64,000 nt of DNA. Origin: an uncultured bacterium (GTDB taxonomy: Bacteria > UBA8248 > CAZNSX01). Position numbers and translations under genes: made by a program. This document shows, in pieces, positions 28,215 through 37,973 of this stretch; the first letter of the stretch is position 1; every line of letters begins with the position of its first letter. The notes under the pieces were generated by a model, which saw only the letters and a program-made list of their open reading frames with translations, made no database searches and had not been told where the DNA came from. Location: contig CAZNSX010000007.1 of the NCBI GenBank assembly GCA_964575845.1, positions 80,772-144,771 on the forward strand, given 5' to 3'.

Positions 28215-30698
28215 TTATGCTTTCCTCACCTTGACCCGAGTTCCTGTCAGCACCCCGAGACCCCTCAGGGTATCCTCTTCGGGGATGATGATGGAGCTGG
28301 GGTTTGCCCCCGTCTTCCCGGCCCATTCGCTCAGCGCCTTGTGCCCCTGGCCAAAGGGAATATTGACCACTCCGGGCATGGCCCCCGCGTAAAGCCTGGC
28401 CCTCACCTTTATCTTCCCCTTGGAGGATTCCACCCAGACCAGGTCTCCATCCTTTATCCCCAGCCTCCTTGCCGTGGCCGGGTTCAGCTCCACCCAGTTC
28501 CCCCAGCGCATTCGCAAGTGGACGCCCAGACTCTCCTGAAGCTCGGGCAGGAGGGCCGTCCTCCCTCCCATCTGGCTCATGAGCTTATAGGTATTGAGCA
28601 CCAGAAGAGAATCACTCTCCGCGGACTCCCCCTCGGAGGGCTGATAGTGCGGGAGGAAGAGCTTATCACCACGGGCGGCCAACTTCTGCTCCTTAAGGAT
28701 TCGCTCCAGGGCTTCCTGGGGGGAGAGCTTCTCCCTCAGCGCCACCTCTTCCGCCGCCCCATCGAGGAGGCGCTTCAGGCCCAGGGAGTAGAACTCATAC
28801 CGCCCGCTCTCGGTCTTGAGCAGATGCTTCACGCCGCCGTAAGAATCCTCCGGGTCCCACCACGCCCCTCTCTTTCGGAGGGCTTCCCAGAACTCATCAT
28901 AGTCTTCGAACTCCTTCGCTCGGTAGCCCTGGCCAGCCAGGATTCGTCTGAAGGCTTCATCCGCTGGCTCTGAGACCACATATCCCCGCTCCGCCTCAAA
29001 GAGGCCCTGGCCGCGCTCATAGAGGAGGTCCGCATAGCTCTCCCATTCAAAGGCCCCAGAAAGAGGCTCTCCCACGGCACGGGCGAGTTCGAGGAGAAGG
29101 TCTCCTGTGGAGCGGGTGTTGTGGAGGGGCTTAACGGCCGGCCGCCCCAGGCTGAAGGCCGTGAAGCCTGAGAGGTGGGCCATGCTGTCATCCTGCCAGC
29201 GCTCCAGATAGGTGGAGTCGGGAAGGACGAGGTCGGCTTCAAGTGCGCTCTCATCCATGAAGGGGGAGAAGCTCACCACCAGAGGCACCCGCGCAAGAGC
29301 CCGCTTGAGCTCCTCTCCGCGCGGGTGAGAGAAAAGCGGGTTCGTAAAATAGAAGAAGAGCACCTCCAGCCCATAGGGCTCGCCCTTGAGAAGGGCCCGG
29401 GGCAGAGCCTCCACCGCATGGTCTGCCAGGAAATACTTCCCCTTCCCGGCCCCGTCTATCCGGGGCATGGAGAGCCCCCTCCTCGCAACCTCATCCAGCT
29501 CCGGCTCCTCCCAGGGAGCCAGGGGCAACTCCCCCTGGATGAGGATCGTCCCCGGCTTTCCAAGGTTGCCGGTCAGGGCGTTCAGGCTGTGAATGGCGAG
29601 ACGGGTGTATATGTCGTTCGGGTGAAAGGCGGGGCCCCGCTCGCCGAGGGCCAGAGCGCTCTTGTGCTCAGAGAACGCCCGGGCCATGGCGATGATGTCA
29701 CGTATGGGAACCCCTGTTATCTCGGAGACCCTGGGAAGGGTATATTCTTGGAGGACTAGGCTCTTATAGCCCATGTGGCGGCGCCCGGCCTCGTCAGGCC
29801 AGTCCTCAAACCCAAAGGTGTGCTCCCTCACGAATTCCTTATCAAAGCGCCCCTCGCTCACGATCACATGGGCCAGGCCAAGGGCAAGGGCGCAGTCGGT
29901 CCCGGGCCTTATGGGAACCCAACGGTCAGCTTTGGCCCCTGTGACCGAGAGGCGGGTCTCCACCTGGACCAGCTTTCCCCGCCGACCGGGTCGGCCCTGT
30001 CGGAGGTGTCCGTAAGTGGAAAGCTGGTATACGGGAGAGATCCAGGACTCCAGCAGGTTGCAGCCGAAGGAGAGGATGAAATCGCACTCTCTCAGGTCAT
30101 AGCTAAGGGGGAGCCGAATTCCCTGGGTGAGAAAGTGCGTCTTCGTCACCTTCTCCACTTCAAGGCAGCGGTTTCGGATGTAGTTGGGAGAGCCATAAAC
30201 GCGGAAGAACCTCTGAATAAGGCCGTCCACAGAGCCCCGGTATTGCCCCCCCAGGAGGGCCACCTTATGGGGCTCACCCTTCTCCCGCAGCTCCCCCAGG
30301 CGACCGGCCAAAGTCCTTAATGCCTCCTCCCAGCTTATGGGCTGCCAGCGGCCCTCGCCCCGTTTTCCGCTGCGGCGAAGAGGCCCGCGGATACGCTCGG
30401 GATGGTAGAGGAACTGAAGGCCTGCATGGCCCTTGGGGCAGAGGCGGCCGCGGTTTACGGGATGGTTGGGGTTTCCCTCGATCTTTACAGCGCGCCCATC
30501 CACCACCCTCACAAGAATCCCACACCCCCCCGGGCAGACCTGGCAAATGGTGGGCACCAGCTCTTCCTCGTAGTCCGGCCAGGGGTCTCTCTCAATGGAG
30601 GAGACCTCGCTAAGAGCCCCTCCCCCCTTGGCCAGGGCCGCGGCACCGGCGGCCATGCCTCCGAGCAACTTAAGGAATCCCCTTCGGTCGAGAAGCAT
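28215..30698 (-). CDS. TAT-exported molybdopterin (bis-PGD) oxidoreductase large subunit, Psr/Phs/ActB1/QrcB-like
   Basis: A twin-arginine signal (DRRGFLKLLGG) and an intact N-terminal FS0 motif (CQVCPGGCGILV...x...RLCPKG). It is 827 aa. Confidence 0.85.
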   Translation of the reverse strand: MLLDRRGFLKLLGGMAAGAAALAKGGGALSEVSSIERDPWPDYEEELVPTICQVCPGGCGILVRVVDGRAVKIEGNPNHPVNRGRLCPKGHAGLQFLYHPERIRGPLRRSGKRGEGRWQPISWEEALRTLAGRLGELREKGEPHKVALLGGQYRGSVDGLIQRFFRVYGSPNYIRNRCLEVEKVTKTHFLTQGIRLPLSYDLRECDFILSFGCNLLESWISPVYQLSTYGHLRQGRPGRRGKLVQVETRLSVTGAKADRWVPIRPGTDCALALGLAHVIVSEGRFDKEFVREHTFGFEDWPDEAGRRHMGYKSLVLQEYTLPRVSEITGVPIRDIIAMARAFSEHKSALALGERGPAFHPNDIYTRLAIHSLNALTGNLGKPGTILIQGELPLAPWEEPELDEVARRGLSMPRIDGAGKGKYFLADHAVEALPRALLKGEPYGLEVLFFYFTNPLFSHPRGEELKRALARVPLVVSFSPFMDESALEADLVLPDSTYLERWQDDSMAHLSGFTAFSLGRPAVKPLHNTRSTGDLLLELARAVGEPLSGAFEWESYADLLYERGQGLFEAERGYVVSEPADEAFRRILAGQGYRAKEFEDYDEFWEALRKRGAWWDPEDSYGGVKHLLKTESGRYEFYSLGLKRLLDGAAEEVALREKLSPQEALERILKEQKLAARGDKLFLPHYQPSEGESAESDSLLVLNTYKLMSQMGGRTALLPELQESLGVHLRMRWGNWVELNPATARRLGIKDGDLVWVESSKGKIKVRARLYAGAMPGVVNIPFGQGHKALSEWAGKTGANPSSIIIPEEDTLRGLGVLTGTRVKVRKA

Positions 30699-30732
30699 CT
30701 CTTATAATCTCTCAGCTAAAGAAGCCAATTTC

Positions 30733-31251
30733 TCAGTGGTGGCAGGCATTACAGTCAACGCTCACCCTCTTGAGCTTATGACAGTCGATGCAGGCCTCCA
30801 TGCTTACGGGCACAGTAGCTTCTGACGGAGGAGCAGAGAGATGGGCAAAATCTCCGTGGCACTCCCCGCATTCAACCTTTCCGAAGACCACGTGACGCTT
30901 GTGGGAGAAGTTAACGGTGTCGGGAACCTGGTAGAGCCGCCGCCAGGGGATCTCAAGCCGCCGGTCGGCATACTCCCTAAGCCTCTTTTCCTCTTCGGTC
31001 TTGACCTCACCGCCCGAATGGCAGGAGGTGCAGATGCTGAGGGAAGGCCTTCCTGCAACCGGCCGCTTTTCATAATATTTGTGGCAGGTCCGGCAGGTTA
31101 TCTTCTCCTTCCCTTCCTCCACCTTGGCTTCCATGTGCTTCTTGTGGTTGAACCTTAAGGGCTGAGTTATACCTCCGCCCCTGAAGATTAAGCCCGCCGC
31201 CGCGATGAGCACACCCACCAAGGCCAAGAAGACTATGCCCTTCGTGCTCAC
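30733..31251 (-). CDS. membrane-anchored pentahaem cytochrome c (ActA/QrcA-like)
   Basis: An N-terminal transmembrane helix and five CxxCH motifs (CRTCH, CTSCH, CGECH, CIDCH, CNACH) within 172 aa. Confidence 0.8.
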   Translation of the reverse strand: MSTKGIVFLALVGVLIAAAGLIFRGGGITQPLRFNHKKHMEAKVEEGKEKITCRTCHKYYEKRPVAGRPSLSICTSCHSGGEVKTEEEKRLREYADRRLEIPWRRLYQVPDTVNFSHKRHVVFGKVECGECHGDFAHLSAPPSEATVPVSMEACIDCHKLKRVSVDCNACHH

Positions 31252-31557
31252 GTCCCCTCCTCTGCGGCACGGGCTTCTATGAGATTATCCAGTTCCACAA
31301 GGTCGATGGGCTTCAGCAGGGTGGAAGCTGCCAGCCTCCCTTTCTTGTAGCGCCTGGGTGAAGTGATTGGACTCCCTGCACCTCTCGACGAAGTATTCAC
31401 ATTCTCTTAGATGGTGGCCCTTACCGCGTGAGGAGCGCCCAGGGGGCACTGCGCAGGCATCAACCGGCGTCGCGGTGACGCACTCCTCCACGAGCCGCTT
31501 CTCCTGAGCGAGGCTCGTATTGGCCCTCGCCGCATAGACAAACATCCGCTTGCCCAT
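31248..31557 (-). pseudogene. possible decayed gene remnant. Its C-terminal tail resembles the end of a CheY-like receiver domain.
   Basis: One frame ends ...STLLKPIDLVELDNLIEARAAEEGT*, with its TGA overlapping the GTG start of the pentahaem cytochrome (GTGA). The upstream coding-looking sequence (MGKRMFVYAARANTSLAQEKRLVEEC...) is in another frame. No single frame gives a complete domain. Confidence 0.25.
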
Positions 31558-32118
31558 GCCGGTGGCATATGCCGCCAGGTTGGCCCGGAAGATGTCGGAA
31601 GCTCAGAAAATTGCTCTGTAGGAATAATTGCCGAGGTTCGGCTGGGCAGTGCTTTTGGCCGCTTAACCGACCTCGGATCCACCCCCCGGTGAACCTATCG
31701 CCGAGCCCATCTTGTGCTCAACTCAGCAAAGTATAGCAAGAAATGACGAACTCGGTCAATAGTTCGATCAGTAATAAGATTTCGGTGCTTCCTTAGAGCT
31801 CAAACTATGTGATTGGGCGGCGCCCTCCGCCTCAAGCAAGAGCCCGAGGCACTCTTATGGAAGCTGCTCCAGCTCCCGCAATCCCCCGGGTCGGTAGCAG
31901 AAAGGCTCGTATGGGGCAACGCAGCCAACTGGACCGTGGATAATCTATTCAGGCCGCGTGCCCCGCCCCCGCGCGTCTCTCCCTTGCCGCTCCTCGCACC
32001 TCCGAGAAGAGCGTCTCATTGAATATTTATTGGAGCTAGAGCTTATGGCTTCGGCCGGATGTTAAGATAGGCATACGAATCGGGTCTCGCGAGAGATGTT
32101 TTCACGGAGGGGAAATAG

Positions 32119-32925
32119 ATGGATGTTACCAAGATGACAGACTACGAGGACCGGCTTAACCGATTCCTGCGACTCAGCACTTTCCCGGTGGCGGTGGGCT
32201 TTCTCAGGAGCTGGGACGAGGTGCCCCCGCGCACAAGGCGCCCGGCAAAAGACCTCGGCAACCGCTTCACCACCTGCCAGGCCATCACGATGGCCCGGCA
32301 CTGGGGCTGGGCGCTCGCGCTTGGCCGGGAGGACAGCAGCTGCGTCCTCGGTGCGATGGCGCTTGGGCTGGAAAAGCGGCTTCCCTCTTACGAGGGGGGA
32401 AACCTCTGCATCGACCTCTACACGGAGAGCCTCGACGCGGGGCGCACGAGCGAGGAGAGCGTGCCGAAGCTGCCCGAGGGTGAGTACGTGGGCGTCATCG
32501 TCTCGCCACTTTCCCGGACGGCCTTCGAGCCGCACTCGGTAGTCATCTACGGCACGAGCGCCCAGATAATGCGCCTCGGACAGGCCTGGCTATGGAGACG
32601 GGGAGGGACATTGACGAGCGAATTCCGCGGGCGGGTCGATTGCGCCGACCTCACCATCGCCCCCCTCACGATGGGAAAGCCGCAAATGGTCATTCCCTGC
32701 ACGGGCGACCGAGTCTTCGGCCAGGTTCAGGACCACGAGGTGGCCTTCAGCTTTCCGTTCTCACTGGTGGAGGAGGTCCTCGAAGGGCTGGAGGCCACCC
32801 ACAAGGCGGGAGCTGCGCGCTATCCCGTGACAAAGTGGCTGAACTACACGGCCAGCTTCCCGCCCTCTTACGAAAACTATCGCAAGATGCTCGATGAAGC
32901 CGGGCCTCCTGAGCAGAAGAGGTAG
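32119..32925 (+). CDS. DUF169-family protein
   Basis: LRLSTFPVAVGFL...C..I..AR and overall size fit the DUF169 (COG2043) pattern as I recall it. Confidence 0.55.
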   Translation: MDVTKMTDYEDRLNRFLRLSTFPVAVGFLRSWDEVPPRTRRPAKDLGNRFTTCQAITMARHWGWALALGREDSSCVLGAMALGLEKRLPSYEGGNLCIDLYTESLDAGRTSEESVPKLPEGEYVGVIVSPLSRTAFEPHSVVIYGTSAQIMRLGQAWLWRRGGTLTSEFRGRVDCADLTIAPLTMGKPQMVIPCTGDRVFGQVQDHEVAFSFPFSLVEEVLEGLEATHKAGAARYPVTKWLNYTASFPPSYENYRKMLDEAGPPEQKR

Positions 32926-33035
32926 TGCCGGCCGCGAGAATACGGGAGGGGCAGACCATGGCACGCGGAGCCCTTCGGGTCCTGCCCGCATATTAGGGCT
33001 CAACCTCTGCATTCAGATGCCACTTGCCTAGGGTC

Positions 33036-33058
33036 AAGAAATCTGATTTCTTTTTTGT
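33036..33058 (+). terminator. AT-rich hairpin plus T-run downstream of the DUF169 gene
   Basis: AAGAAATCTGATTTCTT followed by TTTTG. Confidence 0.45.
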
Positions 33059-33099
33059 CCTGACCTCGCACGGAGGCCTTACCAGCACCTGAAGGTGTC

Positions 33100-36000
33100 T
33101 CAGACCCACGCGTGAAGGGAGCGCCGATCGCGGATGAGCTTTTCCTTTGAGAGGTCCTTGAGGGAGGCGTCTTGCAGTCTTTCCAGGATCCCCCTTATCT
33201 CATCATCCATCCCGCCGTCACCACATTTTTTTCTAGCCGATTCTTCCGCGCATATTCTGGCTTCCTCGTACTCACCCGTGGCGGCAAGAGCGCAGGCCAA
33301 AGATAGGTAGGCTTCCGACATCCTTGCCGGAGCCTGAATTTGCTCCCCAACCTCTAAGCTTCTTCGGAGCACTTTTACCGCCTCTCCATGTTCCCCCTTC
33401 TCCGTGAGCGCGCGGCCCAGGTTCTCAAGGGTCACGGCCACGCCTTCGGTGTGTTTGATCTCCTCTCTGAATTTCAGGCTCTCCTGGTAGCAATCAACCG
33501 CCTTATCGAGCTGGTTCAGGCAGTGATAAACATTGCCCAGGCTGTTTAGGGATGTGCCTGTCCCCAGGGCATCACCCACCTGACGCCGGATGTCCAGAGC
33601 CTTTTGATAATATTCGACCGCTTCCCCGTAGGACCCGCGCAGGCACGCAACCAAGCCCAGGTTGTAAAGTGACGAGGCCATGCCCGGGAGGTGTTCCAGC
33701 GCCTCCTCGCTCTCAAGACATTTTTCAAAATGCCCCGTTGCTTTCTCATAGTCCCCCTCCCTGACGAAGGAGGCCCCCAGCACGTTGTGGGCGCGCGTGA
33801 TGTCGGAGAGGCTCCCCAGTTCCTCGGCAAGGCGGAGGCTCTCGTAAGCCCAGCGCCTCGCCTCTTGACAATCGTGCTGGCGGAAGTGAATCCAGCCGAG
33901 CAGGCCCAAACACCTACTCATCTCGACGGAACTCTCCCCCCCGGGGAAGGCCTCCAGCACCTCCTTGGCTTCGAGAAGCTTGCGCAGGCCATCCTCGAAC
34001 TTTCCGCGCCTCTCATGGGCCAACCCGACCCTGGCTTTTGCCCGGGCCCACTCCAGGGGCCATTTTCTCCTGGCGGGGTCTTCTTCCTCAAGGAGGGCGA
34101 GCAATACCTCGTTTTCCCGGATGGACCTCTCATATTCGGCGGTGAAGAAATAGACGCTGCTCAAGCCCTCTCTGGCCTGTATAATGAATCCCGTTTTCTT
34201 GGCCTTTCCCTCAGGGCTAAGTTTCCCGAACGCCCCGATGGCCCGCCGGTAACACTCAGCAGCCTCTTCGTTTGCGTAAACCTCCTTGGCCTTATTCCCG
34301 GCCCTCCCCTGGAACTCGAGGGCGCTCTCCCAGGCCTCGCCGTAATAGTAGTGGTGGGCCAGGATGCCCCAGTTCTCCTCCAACCTCTCAGGATAAAGCT
34401 CCCCTATGGCGGAGGCGACGGCCCGGTGCAGTTCCCTTCGCCTCTTGAGCAGGAGGCCCCCGTAAGCAACCTCCTGGATGAAAGCATGCTTGAAACTGTA
34501 AATAGGTTCCGGGAAATGAGACTTCTCGTAAATGAACTCTGCACCCTCCAGTTCTTTCACATGCTGTTCGAGTTTTTCCTTCTCGACGCTCACCCTCTGG
34601 AGAAGGGGGAGGGAGAAGTCTCTGCCAAATACGGAGGCCTCCTGGAGGGTTCGCTTAACTTCACCCTCCAGATGGTCGATCCGGGCCGATATCACCTCCT
34701 GAATGGTGCCGGGCACCTCCATTCTCGTGAGCGCGTCCGCGCCCCGGTACGTGAGATCTTTGGCCACCGCCCCGCTCTCCACTAAAGATTTAGTTATCTC
34801 CTCTATGTAGAAGGGATTGCCCTCGGCTTTGGCCAGGATTAGCCTTCTGACCTCCTCAGATACCCTTTCCGTCTCCAGGATGTTCTCTATTATCTCGTTG
34901 CACTCTCCTTCGGAAAGCCGGTCCACTGCTATCTGGTTGAAATATGACTTGCCCGCGCACTCGCAAGCGTATCCGGGTCTGAAGGTTACGAGGACCATCA
35001 TGGAGCTTCCCGCTATGGAGTCGACCAAAAATTTGAGAAGCTCCTCAGATGTCTTATCAATCCAGTGTAGGTTTTCGAGGACCATCACAAGAGGTCGAAC
35101 CTGGCATTCCTTCAACACGACAGCCCTAATGGCCTCGAAGGTCCTCCGCCTTCTCTCGAGGGGCTCGAGGCTCCTCAAGAGTTCTGCCCCCTCCCCTTCC
35201 AAGCTCACCGAAAATAGGTTCAGAAGGAAAGGCGAAGCCCATCTCAGGTCCCCCCCTATCCCGTCAAGTTTTCTCTCGACCTTATGGCGGATGTTCTCCT
35301 CTCGGTCGCGCTCTTCGACCTGAAATTCTCTTTTTAACAGCTCTATCCAGGGCAGGTAAGCCACGGAGCTCCCGTAGGAGACGCAGCGGCCCTCGAGGTA
35401 TCCGGTGTCCTCACCCGTAAGGCTCTTTCTGAACTCGTAGAGCAGCCTTGATTTCCCGACTCCCGCCTCACCGACAAGGCATACCAACTGTCCGCGACCG
35501 CTCTTCACCTTTTCTTTGCAATCCCGCAGCGTGTCGAGCTCCCGCGCCCGGCCCACGAGTCTCGTGAGCCTTCGCTCCTCAGAGAGGTCGGCCCGGATGC
35601 TCTTGACCCCCGTGACCCTGTAAGCGGAAACCTTTTCCTCCCTTCCCTTCACCTCAAGTTCACCTACCGGCTCAAACTCGAAGTACTCTTTCACCTTTTG
35701 GTAACTATTCTCACTTACCAGGATGGTCCCCGGGGAGGCCAGGCTCTCCATGCGGGCGGCCAAGTTCGTGGTGTCGCCCACAGCGGTGTAGTCCATCCGG
35801 AGGTTATTGCCTATGCTCCCCACAACCACAGGGCCGGTGTTGAGTCCTATCCGGACCCCGAAAGCAATACCCCTCTCACACTTGAGCTCTTCCCCGTAAG
35901 CCCCTAACGCCTCCTGCATCGAGAGGGCCGCGTGGACCGCCCTCCTGGGCCCATCCTCGTGGGAGATGGGCGCACCGAAGAGGGCCATTATGCCGTCCCC

Positions 36001-36456
36001 CGTGAACTGGTTCACCGACCCCTCGTAGCGGTGCACCGAATCCATGAGGATTTCAAAGCACCTGTTCATCATTGAGTGAACCTCTTCGGGGTCGAGCCTC
36101 TCGGAGATGGAGGTAAATCCGCTGACATCAGCGAAGAGCACCGTGACTATCTTCCTCTCCCCTTCGATGGCGCTCTTGGAGGAGAGGATTTTTTCCGCAA
36201 GATGCCTGGGAGTGTAACTCTGGATCTTCTGGTTTAGGTCCTCGGCGGCATATCCGGGCGGCATCCGCTCTTCCGCAGACGGCGAGGGCTCGGTCAACTT
36301 TCGGCCGCAGCCCCCGCAGAAGGAGAAATCCGCGGGGTTTTCAAACCCGCAGGCCGGGCATAGATTCCCCAGCCGCGAGCCGCATCTCCCGCAGAAATTC
36401 ACCCCTGCGGGGTTTTCAAATCCACATTGGCGGCAAATCATTTTGCCGGTCCTCAT
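33100..36456 (-). CDS. multidomain signalling protein: double zinc ribbon, class III adenylate/guanylate cyclase, AAA/STAND ATPase, TPR repeats
   Basis: CRQCG..CGRCG..CPACG..CGGCG; then RKIVTVLFADVSGFTS...FTGDGIMALFGAP (cyclase core); then a P-loop, LVGEAGVGKSRL; then a long TPR-like helical C-terminus. Confidence 0.85.
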   Translation of the reverse strand: MRTGKMICRQCGFENPAGVNFCGRCGSRLGNLCPACGFENPADFSFCGGCGRKLTEPSPSAEERMPPGYAAEDLNQKIQSYTPRHLAEKILSSKSAIEGERKIVTVLFADVSGFTSISERLDPEEVHSMMNRCFEILMDSVHRYEGSVNQFTGDGIMALFGAPISHEDGPRRAVHAALSMQEALGAYGEELKCERGIAFGVRIGLNTGPVVVGSIGNNLRMDYTAVGDTTNLAARMESLASPGTILVSENSYQKVKEYFEFEPVGELEVKGREEKVSAYRVTGVKSIRADLSEERRLTRLVGRARELDTLRDCKEKVKSGRGQLVCLVGEAGVGKSRLLYEFRKSLTGEDTGYLEGRCVSYGSSVAYLPWIELLKREFQVEERDREENIRHKVERKLDGIGGDLRWASPFLLNLFSVSLEGEGAELLRSLEPLERRRRTFEAIRAVVLKECQVRPLVMVLENLHWIDKTSEELLKFLVDSIAGSSMMVLVTFRPGYACECAGKSYFNQIAVDRLSEGECNEIIENILETERVSEEVRRLILAKAEGNPFYIEEITKSLVESGAVAKDLTYRGADALTRMEVPGTIQEVISARIDHLEGEVKRTLQEASVFGRDFSLPLLQRVSVEKEKLEQHVKELEGAEFIYEKSHFPEPIYSFKHAFIQEVAYGGLLLKRRRELHRAVASAIGELYPERLEENWGILAHHYYYGEAWESALEFQGRAGNKAKEVYANEEAAECYRRAIGAFGKLSPEGKAKKTGFIIQAREGLSSVYFFTAEYERSIRENEVLLALLEEEDPARRKWPLEWARAKARVGLAHERRGKFEDGLRKLLEAKEVLEAFPGGESSVEMSRCLGLLGWIHFRQHDCQEARRWAYESLRLAEELGSLSDITRAHNVLGASFVREGDYEKATGHFEKCLESEEALEHLPGMASSLYNLGLVACLRGSYGEAVEYYQKALDIRRQVGDALGTGTSLNSLGNVYHCLNQLDKAVDCYQESLKFREEIKHTEGVAVTLENLGRALTEKGEHGEAVKVLRRSLEVGEQIQAPARMSEAYLSLACALAATGEYEEARICAEESARKKCGDGGMDDEIRGILERLQDASLKDLSKEKLIRDRRSLHAWV

Positions 36457-36666
36457 CCCCTACATTGCGGCAAATGGATAGCAGCCACCTCAGAGGTTCC
36501 CCCGTCTGAGCCAGAGTTAAAGCCTCAGCGCTGGTAGGAGAAATTATGATGCAGGGGGATAGAATTTATGATGGTACTCGGTGCCACAAAAGTCAACTAG
36601 GAAATAGATTAATAATTATTCTAAAAAAGAAAGAACCGATGCGCACCGCGAAACTCACAGCGCACT

Positions 36667-37233
36667 TCACGACGCGCCGGGAAGCTTGCTGCTTCCTTTT
36701 TCCCAAAGCGAGCGCAGGCGCAGGAGGTGCTCCCGCCCTCCCCTCCTGAGCGCTACTATCTCCGCCATTACGCTCAGGGCGATATCAGCCACTTCTTTGG
36801 AGCCGAGGTTAAGTCCCAAGGGGGCACAAACCCTCGCGAGCCTCTCCTCCGGCACCCCCTCACCTCTCAGCCTTCTCAAGGTTGCGGCCGACCTTCTTCT
36901 ATGGCCCATGAGACCAACATAGGCCGGGTCCTGACCGAGAGCTATCCTCAGAGCGGGCTCATCCCAGAGGTGGTCCCGGCTGGCTATGACGAGGTAGCTA
37001 TCCTCCCCCAAGGGAAGGGAGGAGAGCTTTTCCTCTATGTTCCCGATGCGGATCTCGCTCGCTTCAGGAAATAGCTCTTTCGTTGCAAATGCGGCGTCAT
37101 CCTCAAGTACCACCACCCTAAACCCCAGCCACGCCGCCAGCCTGCAGAGATAGGGTGCAAAGGCTCTCGCTCCCACTATAAAAAGATTGGGAGGGCTTTC
37201 CTCGGCAGGGGTCTTCCCGGTCCCTTCTGTCAT
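36667..37233 (-). CDS. XdhC-family accessory protein (Rossmann-like C-domain only)
   Basis: LFIVGARAFAPYLCRLAAWLGFRVVVLED...SRDH..D..AL...L....YVGLMG.R.R resembles XdhC_C. The N-terminal XdhC/CoxI domain is absent. Confidence 0.6.
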   Translation of the reverse strand: MTEGTGKTPAEESPPNLFIVGARAFAPYLCRLAAWLGFRVVVLEDDAAFATKELFPEASEIRIGNIEEKLSSLPLGEDSYLVIASRDHLWDEPALRIALGQDPAYVGLMGHRRRSAATLRRLRGEGVPEERLARVCAPLGLNLGSKEVADIALSVMAEIVALRRGGREHLLRLRSLWEKGSSKLPGAS

Positions 37234-37257
37234 GGGGATTTCTCCTTCCTCCTCACC

Positions 37258-37662
37258 CTAGCGCTCCTCCCAGTCTACGTACCACTCTAGGCTCTTTGAG
37301 CCGGGGGTGGGGAGGCCCGAGACCCTGGTGGAAAAAGGAAGTGACGCGCCTTCGCGCAAAGCGGCCCCGATTGGGATCGAATGAAGCTTTACCACAATAC
37401 CCCTGAAATCCTTGAATATAAGGTTGATCTCCTTTATGTATACGAGGTCCCACTTGGAGGGATGAAGGTTCCTCAGGCTGCCCTCGATGAGTAGCTCCCC
37501 GGCCTCCAACTCCTGCCAGCTCCAGGTGAGGGCGATGCCCTCCTGCTTGAAGAGCTGAACCTTTCTTTCAGGAACACTCTCGAGGAGCTTCGCCCCGGCT
37601 CCGGGAGGCACCCATCCCAGCAGAAAGCTCAAGAGCACGAGAGTCGCTAGGATCAACCTCAA
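37258..37662 (-). CDS. hypothetical small secreted protein; the start is uncertain
   Basis: The track ORF runs 37258-37974, but only the distal part looks protein-like. A TTG at 37662, preceded by GGGAGA, gives MRLILATLVLLSFLLGWVPPGAGA (signal-peptide-like). I recognise no family. Confidence 0.3.
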   Translation of the reverse strand: MRLILATLVLLSFLLGWVPPGAGAKLLESVPERKVQLFKQEGIALTWSWQELEAGELLIEGSLRNLHPSKWDLVYIKEINLIFKDFRGIVVKLHSIPIGAALREGASLPFSTRVSGLPTPGSKSLEWYVDWEER

Positions 37663-37973
37663 GGCTTTTCTCCCATGGGGCTCGGAGAAAACCGCCTTTA
37701 TTATTTTGCACGGAAAGGCCCTTGTCAAGAAAGGCGGGGGAGAGGAGGTGAGGGCGGTGAATGGCCCACGGGCGGGGCCACCTCTGCCCTTCAGATAATA
37801 AGGCTGAATTGGGGGAAGACGCCCACCAGCACCTGGCCCTCCGCGCATCATTAAAGTATAATCGAAAAGATGAGATCGGTCGCTTTTTGTTTTCCTGTGA
37901 AGAGGTTTTTGAGCCTTTTGCTTCACCGGTATGCCGGGCGAGCCCGGACAGGGGGCCTGAGGAACCCCTCCCA

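Noticed and set aside
36667-37233. The XdhC-like gene as the dedicated chaperone of the xanthine-dehydrogenase-family gene at 62514
   Set aside because: The two genes are 25 kb apart on opposite strands, with many unrelated genes between them. No functional link can be inferred from this window.
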